Positions 21,085 through 64,000 of a stretch of DNA of 64,000 bases are shown in pieces. The DNA comes from Macrostomum lignano. Its lineage: Eukaryota. The translations under genes and the position numbers were made by a program. How positions within the stretch are numbered: the stretch's first letter is position 1; each line of letters begins with the position of its first letter. The notes under the pieces are model-generated. The model worked only from the letters and a program-made list of their open reading frames with translations. It ran no database searches and was not told the origin of the DNA. Where the stretch lies: positions 248,001 through 312,000 of the forward strand of contig NIVC01001134.1 in the NCBI GenBank assembly GCA_002269645.1, written 5' to 3'.

Positions 21085-22205
21085 GATTAGATTGGCTGAG
21101 CCAGTGTGGCTGGGTTGTAAAACTTCGATTAGATTGGCTGAGCCAGTGTGGCTGGGTTGTAAAACTTCGATTGGATTGGCAGAGCCAGTGAGGCTGGGTT
21201 GTAAAACTACAATTGGATTGGCTGAGCCAGTGAGGCTGGGTTGTAAAACTCCGATTGGATTGGCTGAGCCAGTGAGGCTGGGTTGTAAAACTACAATTGG
21301 ATTGGCTGAGCCAGTGAGGCTGGGTTGTAAAACTACAATTGGATTGGCTGAGCCAGTGAGGCTGGGCTGTAAAACTCCAATTGGATTGACTGAGCCAGTG
21401 TGGTTGGGTTGTAAAACTCCAATTGGATTGACTGAGCCAGTGTGGTTGGGTTGTAAAACTCCAATTGGATTGACTGAGCCAGTGTGGTTGGGTTGTAAAA
21501 CTCCAATTGGATTGACTGAGCCAGTGTGGCTGGGTTGTAAAACTCCAATTGGATTGGCTGAGCCAGTGTGGCTGGGTTGTAAAACTCCAATTGGATTGAC
21601 TGAGCCAGTGTGGTTGGGTTGTAAAACTCCAATTGGATTGACTGAGCCAGTGTGGTTGGGTTGTAAAACTCCAATTGGATTGACTGAGCCAGTGTGGCTG
21701 GGTTGTAAAACTCCAATTGGATTGGCTGAGCCAGTGTGGCTGGGTTGTAAAACTCCAATTGGATTGACTGAGCCAGTGTGGTTGGGTTGTAAAACTCCAA
21801 TTGGATTGACTGAGCCAGTGTGGTTGGGTTGTAAAACTCCAATTGGATTGACTGAGCCAGTGTGGTTGGGTTGTAAAACTCCAATTGGATTGACTGAGCC
21901 AGTGTGGTTGGGTTGTAAAACTCCAATTGGATTGACTGAGCCAGTGTGGTTGGGTTGTAAAACTCCAATTGGATTGACTGAGCCAGTGTGGCTGGGTTGT
22001 AAAACTCCAATTGGATTGGCTGAGCCAGTGTGGCTGGGTTGTAAAACTCCAATTGGATTGGCTGAGCCAGTGTGGTTGGGTTGTAAAACTCCGATTGGAT
22101 TGGCTGAGCCAGTGAGGCTGGGTTGTAAAACTCCGATTGGATTGGCTGAGCCAGTGAGGCTGGGTTGTAAAACTCCGATTGGATTGGCTGAGCCAGTGTG
22201 GCTGA
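21085..22205. repeat. 42-bp minisatellite (~27 copies) with CCAAT motifs
   Basis: Unit ggattgRctgagccagtgtggYtgggttgtaaaactccaatt. Confidence 0.98.
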
Positions 22206-23985
22206 GTATTACTCGTAAATTTGGTCAGTGAGACCTGATTGGCTGGGCTGATGTCGTTGGGCCAATAAAAATGAGTCCAAAAAGGCAAAGCAAATCCGAA
22301 TTGTGAAATGTTTTTTTCAGTCGAATGTAAAGCGATTTTGCCATAGTTTTTCAGCCATGCACTTGAACATGCGATTGAAACAGCCGAGATTCGCAGCAGA
22401 GAAATGATTATTTTTCAAATTAATAAGTAAGAATTTGCTACTAGCAAGCGCGCGAGTCAAATTAGCAATGTTATTGAGTAGCCGGAGTCAGGCAGTCAAG
22501 GACTACTCAAGTAGAAGGACTGGAAACACCGTTTCTTGGAAATTTTAAGGAGGCAGGTTTTACCTGAAGCAGAATTACTTCACTTTTACAGCACTAAATT
22601 TTTAATTGATTTTGATAGGAGGCAGACCCAGAGTATATCTTTTGATATTACTTGCCTTTCTTTTTGTTTAGAATAAAAGGCTTTAATAATATACTAATTA
22701 AAATGCCATATTTATTATAACAAAAGCCAAGCCTACTCAACTTTGTCTCATTTGTTGTAAATGCGGTGCTGAAAATATGGCAAACTTCATTCACTGTAAT
22801 GTATTTTTTCGCTCGGGAAAACCTGCCTCTAAGAAACGTTGTTTCCGGTCCTCCTTCTCAAGTTGCTCTTTCAGGCAATATCGAAAACTACACGAATGAG
22901 TTGCTCAGTAATACTAAACACATCGCGAACAAAACAGAGCTGCAACCGTGAGCAAAAAATATAGTTTTCGAGTTGACAAAAAGAATCGCGATTAAGTAAA
23001 ATTTTACTAGTCATTTTGTCAGAGGGTGCGCCCCAAGAGAGAGTGAAATTGGTCGCTGGTGACCACAGATACTATTCTACAGATACTTTCAGTTCAGTAG
23101 TAAGTTAAACTGAAGCATTTTAATGTATTTTTAAAGACCAAGGCTTCTTTTGGCTCCAAGCTTAAACCCTCAAACTCCACACAGTGTTTATTATAAGTGT
23201 TTTTTACTGTCATTTTGAAACTGTATTAACACAGACTGTAATAAATTTGCTTCACATTCTACTCTTGCTACTATAGTTAGTGATTCCCCTATTTCAGGTA
23301 TTTCCTATTTGAGATAAATCTGCATTTAGCGTCATGCTGATGGTGAGGGTGAGGTGAGGGTGAGGTGAGGGTGAGGTGAGGGTGAGGTGATCAGTCATAG
23401 TTTTGTTCCCGGGAAATCTCCTCGACCAATCAAACTCATCCCAAAGATGAAGATGAGCATGAGAAGCAGACTGATTGATTGAAAGCTGGCAAATAAAAAC
23501 ATTTAAAAAGCAAATGTTACATCCACCAAGAAGACAGACTCGAGTTCAAAGGGAAATGCCGCCGCCAGCTGAGCTACTTGGGAACTACAAATCCGTGGCG
23601 ATAGAATTCAAAACAAAATAGAGAATTTCTGAGAGCAGGGTTGTCACGATGCGCTGATATGCAGAGCGGTTCTATAATTGACATCTATCGTAACGGACTC
23701 TAACGGTGGATGATAAAATAAACTACACATACGCATAAAAGTACTATTAGAAGCAGCTGTCTCAAGAAGAACATTTTAAAATTTTCCAAAATCGATGAAC
23801 TATTCAAATTTAATACGAAAAAGCAGAAAAAATAAGGGAGATCAGAAACTCTCCATCAATGGCTGGCTGGGGAGTTCGGCTGCGTCATGACAAAAACTCA
23901 TTGGAAATTGATCACATAAAATAGATCTAAATTGGTGAATATTTCATGAGCAAAGCTTGTGCAGCTGCGCTAATATTTTCAGTCA

Positions 23986-56512
<32,527 letters not shown>

Positions 56513-56649
56513 CTCTGCCGAGGCTGCAGCAGCTTCCACTGCTGGCTGTCTGTTCTGCTGTAAAGTAGCTGGCAGCAGCAAGGCTACTCGATAGAGCTCA
56601 GAGCCGAATCGGGCAAATGGAAGGACCAAGAGGGAAACAAACAGAATAA

Positions 56650-57050
56650 TTAGAGAAGAAGCAAAATAGATGCTCTCCTGCGCTTCCTGCCGTCAAATGT
56701 GATCGCCCGCGCGCCTTTCACTGCAGCTCGGCGTGCACGCCTTTGGGGGGTGGGGGTTCCAAAATCTCCGGCGTTATAGCCCTGCCTGCCCTTCTGCCCT
56801 GCGCCACACACCCACCCCCTCCGCGTTACACGCCGCCCTTTCGCGTCGCCCCTTGTTGGCTAGACTTGGGGGGGGGAGCTTTGCACTCTGCATCGGAGGG
56901 GGGTGGCGGCGCGGTAGAGGGGTGGTTGGGCGACGCCAACCCCCGCCCCAAGTCTGTCCTGCCAGCCCCAACCCCCCTCCAGAGCAGATGTGCTGCAATG
57001 GAGCGATAAAGCCTAAGAGCTGTCATAGGATGAGACCGCTGAGGTCTGGC
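56650..57050 (-). promoter_or_regulatory. GC-rich putative promoter/5' region of PDE2
   Basis: CpG-rich, GC box (ccccgcccc at 56941), just upstream of the first coding exon at 56512. Confidence 0.35.
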
Positions 57051-57693
57051 TGCTGCTATTTCTTCTATTTTTTAAGACCCCGGCTCTTAGCGCTCTCTCT
57101 CCGCATCTAATTCTCTGTCTATCGGATTTATGCAGCAATCCAGTGCCAAACTGTTTTGTTTAACAATTTTTTTGGAGCGAGACCAAGCCATCCACCCCTA
57201 ATACTATGGCCTGTTTACAACAAAAATACCAGGGGTGAGGCGAGAGAGATGGAATAAAGAGGACAGGGCACGGCTCTTGGGTGACGGGCCAGTGCAGAAA
57301 TTTTGCTGCGCTTCATCTCGCTTTCTTGCCTTTGTTTGGCCTGAAAACCGTTGGAGCGACACTCGCTGCTCAAAATCGTGCAGTCCGAGTCTGACCTATG
57401 GGCACCCCACCTATCTTCCTATACCTATAAGCTGCTTGTTTTGTGAAGAGAATAGCGTTTGTCCTCAGTGTTTGCCTGACTGGGCCAAGCCTCATAAACT
57501 GATCTCTGCTATCTTCTTTTAGTTGGAGTTCGGTGCAGTGTGGTTCTCACTGTTTTTGTACCAACACTGTGCTCAGAGCATATTTACGATGAAATAAAAA
57601 TGTTTCTTTTCAAAATGGTGTCTTCGCAAAAGATTTATTATGAACCCCGTCTGGCGCAAATGCAGGTCGGCACAATTATGTCACTGTGTAGAT

Positions 57694-57828
<135 letters not shown>

Positions 57829-58443
57829 GGATAGATAGATAGATTTTCAGGAGTTTTCTGGCAACATTAAAGTACTAGTACTTTTAAATAACGAAACAGA
57901 GAGAAAATGACGCACTGTCATAAAATTCTCTCTAACCTCGTTTTCCTACTTGTAGTAGCAACCAACATACTTATGGATATGAAAAAGAAGAAACTGAAAA
58001 ATGTGGAAGTCCGGACGAAAATTTATTTAGAAATCGAGGACCAGTGCAGGTGCATGAAAAGACTGCTTAGTTAGGATTTATCATAAAGGATGACAAACAG
58101 ACCAGTGAATCCGAACTCACAGTGAAATTGCTTCTCAATGATTCTTCGAGCTCAAATTTTCCGCGTTTCTTGGCCGACTCGGCAGATTCCGCTGATCGCT
58201 TCATTACTAGCCGGCCAGCTGTCAGTCAGTTGTTGGCTCGCACCAGTTAAATACTTTATGACTATTGTATGACTTTATACCGACTGCAGATTAAGCGGCG
58301 GATTAAAGCGGAGAGGCGCAAAGCTGAAACAGAACAAGCTGTGGGGGTGAAATTCAATCGGATCGAATAGCAGTGTCTCACTATTCCTACGGCAATGAAA
58401 ATATGCTAATGACTGGCTGGAAACTCGCTGCAGATACCCTCTC

Positions 58444-58518
<75 letters not shown>

Positions 58519-58842
58519 AGCTTCCAGCAGTTTTTCGATCAGATAAGACAGTCAAGACAGTTGGGCAAGCAGAAGCAGATTTTAAGGCAGGCGGCTTCGT
58601 GACGAAGAGCTTATATAATTAGAGGTGCACGAAGCGTACGTACGGTTATGTAGCGATTGCCAAGACTGCTCAGCATGAAGGAAGTCAGTAAACGCAACAG
58701 GTGACGCGTTTTTAATATTGATATTGACGCACTGGCTGAGATACTGACAGCCAAAATAGTTATACTTATCTTTCATGCGCACAAATCTTCTGACTGACTG
58801 CTCGGTTGACTTAGCGAGCACAAATATTTTTGTGGTCTCGAT

Positions 58843-59814
58843 TGGAGCTACAATTGGGTCTTGATTGGAGCTACGATTGGGTTTTGATTGGAGCTACAAT
58901 TGGGTCTTGATTGGAGCTACAATTGGGTTTTGATTGGAGCTGCAATTGGGTTTTGATTGGAGCTACAATGGGGTCTTGATTGGAGCTACAATTGGGTCTT
59001 GATTGGAGCTACAATTGGGTCTTGATTGGAGCTACAATTGGGTCTTGATTGGAGCTACAATTGGGTCTTGATTGGAGCTACAATTGGGTCTTGATTGGAG
59101 CTACAATTGGGTCTTGATTGGAGCTACAATTGGGTCTTGATTGGAGCTACAATTGGGTTTTGATTGGAGCTGCAATTGGGTTTTGATTGGAGCTACAATT
59201 GGGTCTTGATTGGAGCTACAATTGGGTCTTGATTGGAGCTACAATTGGGTCTTGATTGGAGCTACAATTGGGTCTTGATTGGAGCTACAATTGGGTTTTG
59301 ATTGGAGCTGCAATTGGGTTTTGATTGGAGCTACAATGGGGTCTTGATTGGAGCTACAATTGGGTCTTGATTGGAGCTACAATTGGGTCTTGATTGGAGC
59401 TACAATTGGGTCTTGATTGGAGCTACAATTGGGTCTTGATTGGAGCTACAATTGGGTCTTGATTGGAGCTACAATTGGGTCTTGATTGGAGCTACAATTG
59501 GGTCTTGATTGGAGCTACAATTGGGTTTTGATTGGAGCTGCAATTGGGTTTTGATTGGAGCTACAATTGGGTCTTGATTGGAGCTACAATTGGGTCTTGA
59601 TTGGAGCTACAATTGGGTCTTGATTGGAGCTACAATTGAGTTTTGATTGGAGCTACAATTGGGTTTTGATGGGAGCTACAATTGGGTTTTGATTGGAGCT
59701 ACAATTGAGTTTTGATTGGAGCTACAATTGGGTTTTGATTGGAGCTACAATTGGGTTTTGATTGGAGCTACAATTGAGTTTTGATTGGAGCTACAATTGG
59801 GTTTTGATGGGAGC
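58843..59814. repeat. 23-bp minisatellite, left arm
   Basis: Unit gattggagctacaattgggtctt. Confidence 0.98.
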
Positions 59815-60941
59815 TAGGGGTGTTCGGGGTTCGGGGTCGGGTCGGGTTTTGGGTCGCGTTTTGGTACCGGGTTCTGGGTTCGGGATAGGGTGTTCGGGTC
59901 GAGTATCGGGTTCGGGGTTAGGTGTTCGGGTTCGGGTGTTCGGGTTCGGGTTTTCGTGTCGGGTTTAGGGTCGGGTTTTTGGAGTTTTAGGGTTCAAAGG
60001 AAAAATAAACTTTAGCTATTTAAAAAATAAATTTCTAATGTCGTTATGTAACGCTTTTTAAGTATAAAAAGGCGAATATTTAAACTTCGAGAAACCGAAA
60101 TTAAGGACTGAATTAATGAATGTAGGGTTCTACGGATGAAATCTATAAATCTAACTATAACTATAATCATAATTAAACATAATTATGCTTCCAGAATTCT
60201 AGCCAATTAGTTGTAGTCCTACACCGAGGGTTGTGGCTTGTAGGCCCCCTTTTCTGTTTTCTATTTTCTGTTTTTGCGGTACATGCAGAAGTTTTAAATA
60301 AAAAATTTAAGGCTGTTCAACCTTCATTTTTCAATTCTTCATTAAGCTACCACTCGAGTGCTGCGCTAACAATGACAACCTAAACCCAAGTTGGCAAACA
60401 TTTGGATAAGTGGATGTTAAAGTCAATGCTAAGATCTTAAGAATGAGGAGTCAAATTATAGGGAGGGGAGAATTGTGAAGACTTTCTAGTCAGTTAAGGA
60501 GCCAGGACTGCAAATGAGAACGAGAAGAAGACTACTAGAGGTGCTAGCTGATGACTAGAAATAGGAGTTAAGGAGCCAGGACTGCAAATGAGAACGAGAA
60601 GAAGACTACTAGAGGTGCTAGCTGATGACTAGAAATAGGAGTTAAGGAGCCAGGACTGCAAATGAGAACGAGAAGAAGACTACTAGAGGTACCTCAGGAC
60701 GAGTAACTCTCTTTAGATGTCACTCTTGGAAAAAAGATCACCACAGAAAGCCTGAGATGAAGCGTTCTCCTTTCAGGGAAAGTTCAGGGTCGGTCCGGGT
60801 CGGGTTTCGGGTTCGGGGTACAGAGTCCGGGTTGGGTTTCGGGTTCGGGGTCAGTGTTTCGGGTTCGGGGTTTACCCCGAATGTTGATATTGATCGGGGT
60901 TTACCCCGAACACGGAAAAAATGGAAACCCGAACACCCCTA
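59815..60941. mobile_element. Non-autonomous hAT-type element (1127 bp) inserted into a 23-bp minisatellite
   Basis: Perfect 14-bp TIRs TAGGGGTGTTCGGG. Flanking 8-mers ATGGGAGC / ATTCGAGC are each one change from the host unit ATTGGAGC. Subterminal GGGTTC-rich tracts at both ends and an internal 74-bp tandem repeat (about 2.7 copies, 60492-60690). Confidence 0.8.
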
Positions 60942-63040
60942 ATTCGAGCTACAATTGGGTTTTGATTGTCACTACAATGGAATCTTTATTGGAGGTAAAA
61001 TGGGGTCTTGATTAGCGCTACAATGGGGTCTTGATTGGAGGTACAATGGGGTCTTGATTGGAGGTAAAATGGGGTCTTGATTAGAGCTACAATGGGGTCT
61101 TGATTGGAGATACAATTGGGTCTTGACTGGAGCTACAATGGGGTCTTGATTGGAGCTACAATGGGGTCTTGACTGGAGCTACAATGGGGTCTTGATTGGA
61201 GATACAATGGGGTCTTGATTGGAGCTACAATGGGGTCTTGATTGGAGATACAATGGGGTCTTGACTGGAGCTACAATGGGGTCTTGATTGGAGCTACAAT
61301 GGGGTCTTGATTGGAGCTACAATGGGGTCTTTATTGGAGGTACAATGGGGTCTTGATTGGAGCTACAATGGGGTCTTGACTGGAGCTACAATGGGGTCTT
61401 GATTGGAGCTACAATGGGGTCTTGATTGGAGGTACAATGGGGTCTTGATTGGAGCTACAATGGGGTCTTGATTGGAGGTACAATGGGGTCTTGACTGGAG
61501 CTACGAGTACAATGGGGTCTTGATTGGAGCTCCAATGGGGTCTTTATTGGAGGTACAATGGGGTCTTGATTGGAGCTACAATGGGGTCTTGACTGGAGCT
61601 ACAATTGGGTCTTGACTGGAGCTACAATGGGGTCTTGATTGGAGCTACAATGGGGTCTTGACTGGAGCTACAATGGGGTCTTGATTGGAGATACAATGGG
61701 GTCTTGATTGGAGCTCCAATGGGGTCTTTATTGGAGATACAATGGGGTCTTGACTGGAGCTACAATGGGGTCTTGATTGGAGGTACAATGGGGTCTTGAT
61801 TGGAGCTACAATGGGGTCTTGATTGGAGGTACAATGGGGTCTTGACTGGAGCTACGAGTACAATGGGGTCTTGATTGGAGCTCCAATGGGGTCTTTATTG
61901 GAGGTACAATGGGGTCTTGATTGGAGCTACAATGGGGTCTTGACTGGAGCTACAATTGGGTCTTGACTGGAGCTACAATGGGGTCTTGATTGGAGCTACA
62001 ATGGGGTCTTGACTGGAGCTACAATGGGGTCTTGATTGGAGATACAATGGGGTCTTGATTGGAGCTCCAATGGGGTCTTTATTGGAGATACAATGGGGTC
62101 TTGACTGGAGCTACAATGGGGTCTTGACTGGAGCTACAATGGGGTCTTGATTGGAGCTACAATGGGGTCTTGATTGGAGGTACAATGGGGTCTTGATTGG
62201 AGCTACAATGGGGTCTTGATTGGAGCTACAATGGGGTCTTGATTGGAGGTACAATTGGGTCTTGACTGGAGCTACGAGTACAATGGGGTCTTGATTGGAG
62301 CTCCAATGGGGTCTTTATTGGAGGTACAATGGGGTCTTGATTGGAGCTACAATGGGGTCTTGACTGGAGCTACAATGGGGTCTTGATTGGAGCTACAATG
62401 GGGTCTTGATTGGAGGTACAATGGGGTCTTGATTGGAGATACAATGGGGTCTTGACTGGAGCTACAATGGGGTCTTGATTGGAGCTACAATGGGGTCTTG
62501 ATTGGAGCTACAATGGGGTCTTGATTGGAGCTACAATGGGGTCTTGATTGGAGGTACAATTGGGTCTTGACTGGAGCTACGAGTACAATGGGGTCTTGAT
62601 TGGAGCTCCAATGGGGTCTTTATTGGAGGTACAATGGGGTCTTGATTGGAGCTACAATGGGGTCTTGACTGGAGCTACAATGGGGTCTTGATTGGAGCTA
62701 CAATGGGGTCTTGATTGGAGGTACAATGGGGTCTTGATTGGAGATACAATGGGGTCTTGACTGGAGCTACAATGGGGTCTTGATTGGAGCTACAATGGGG
62801 TCTTGATTGGAGCTACAATGGGGTCTTGATTGGAGGTACAATGGGGTCTTGATTGGAGATACAATGGGGTCTTGATTGGAGGTACAATGGGGTCTTGATT
62901 GGAGCTACAATGGGGTCTTGATTAGCGCTACAATGAAGTCTTGATTATCACTACAATGGGATCTTGATTGGCGCTACAATGGGGTCTTGATTGTCGCTAA
63001 AATGGGATCATTAGTGATGCTAGCAACAACGGTGTCTTGA
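60942..63040. repeat. 23-bp minisatellite, right arm, with higher-order structure
   Basis: Unit gattggagctacaatggggtctt; a +6-bp variant (gctacgagtac) recurs at 61501, 61852, 62272 and 62577. Confidence 0.98.
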
Positions 63041-64000
63041 TTCCGGGCAAATCTCCAGGCATCAATTTAATTTGACCGATCTGTCACTAGAACGGTGCAC
63101 ACCTTTTCAAGGCCCCAATGCTGACTTGGAATACCCAGCGGTGGGGAGCCGGCTGCCTTGATCAATGATGCATGGCAGCTGGCCGCTCAAATAGCTGCTC
63201 AGGCATCATTAACTCTATCCCCCTCTGTCCCCCGCTCTCCCCAATGCCCGCAGTGTATTATAAGCTGTCTATTTTGCTGCTCACGGCCTAAGAACCGTTT
63301 CACCCTCGGTCGGAGGAAGAATCTCCCACGCCGATCTATATTATATAGGAGGGAAATCCCCAAGCGGGAAGAATCGATATTGACTCTAGGCCATCGCCAG
63401 CGCGCTCCTAGCAGGTGTACTCAGCCGCTCCCAACACCCCACCACTCCGCGTTCACGCCCGATCGGCGATGCTGCCACCTTTGCGCGTCATCATTTGGGC
63501 CGCTTTTCCCCAAAAAGTACTTTTTGCTAGGCGCGGCCAAACCGAACGCATTCCGAGTCACCGGCACTGGGGCTGGGAGAAAATAACAACTGCGGGGCTA
63601 CGAAGAAATCTGGGCAGGGGGGGGGGCGGCTTCTCGTAGATCCTCGGGGTCCCTTTTCCCAAAATCCTGTGCCTGCTTTTCTTCCCTTCCCTCTCTCTCT
63701 TCAATGGTCGCTTGCTTCCAAAGGACAGGACAGGTTTCCGCCCTGCCCTTCCCTGACTCGCCCGGCCGGCCGTCCGCCCCGCTCCCCTTTTCTCGTGCAA
63801 TAAAACGCACTCCGATCCGCGGATCAGCCCGAATTCCCCGGGGGATAACTCGATGCAGCGGCATTACGTCAGGCGGATATACAGGGAGGGCAGGGCATTC
63901 AGAAGCGGACAGGATGTGCCGAAATTGCAATAGAAATGAGGAAGAGAAACGTGCGGCCCTGCACTTCAGGAGGGAAGGAAATGATAACGGATGGTTTAAA

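Noticed and set aside
21038-22288. 416-aa and 379-aa ORFs on both strands
   Set aside because: Translations of a 42-bp (in-frame) minisatellite with no unique domain; open on both strands because the unit lacks stops.
59817-59990. Telomere-like GGGTTC/GGGTTT tracts (also 60785-60900)
   Set aside because: Not regular TTAGGG arrays; they are subterminal repeats of the TIR element.

Overview
Eukaryotic (animal) genomic DNA, most likely a flatworm: the tropomyosin is platyhelminth-like, and the GC-rich codons with GACA/GATA arrays suggest a Macrostomum-type genome (inference). By reading splice sites by hand I assembled three co-directional minus-strand spliced genes. (1) A PDE2A-type GAF-GAF cyclic nucleotide phosphodiesterase, 21 exons, 23986-56512, 936 aa. 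(2) A lysosomal phospholipase A2/LCAT-family acyltransferase, 6 exons, 15109-20716, 430 aa. (3) A tropomyosin, 50-11771, 284 aa, with two alternative N-termini and an interleaved, phase-locked double set of mutually exclusive exons. A small intronless secreted Gly/Tyr/His-rich (eggshell/DOPA-protein-like) gene is nested antisense in intron 2 of the phospholipase. Roughly a third of the window (hand tally) is micro- and minisatellite, and almost every large intron has its own unit. Two non-autonomous hAT-type elements have 14-bp TIRs and 8-bp target-site duplications: one carries a 64-bp decayed 28S rRNA helix-69 fragment altered exactly at the R2/I-PpoI target, and the other splits a 23-bp minisatellite. 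Most long ORFs in the supplied track are artefacts of tandem repeats. No tRNA, intact rRNA, CRISPR array or autonomous transposase was seen.
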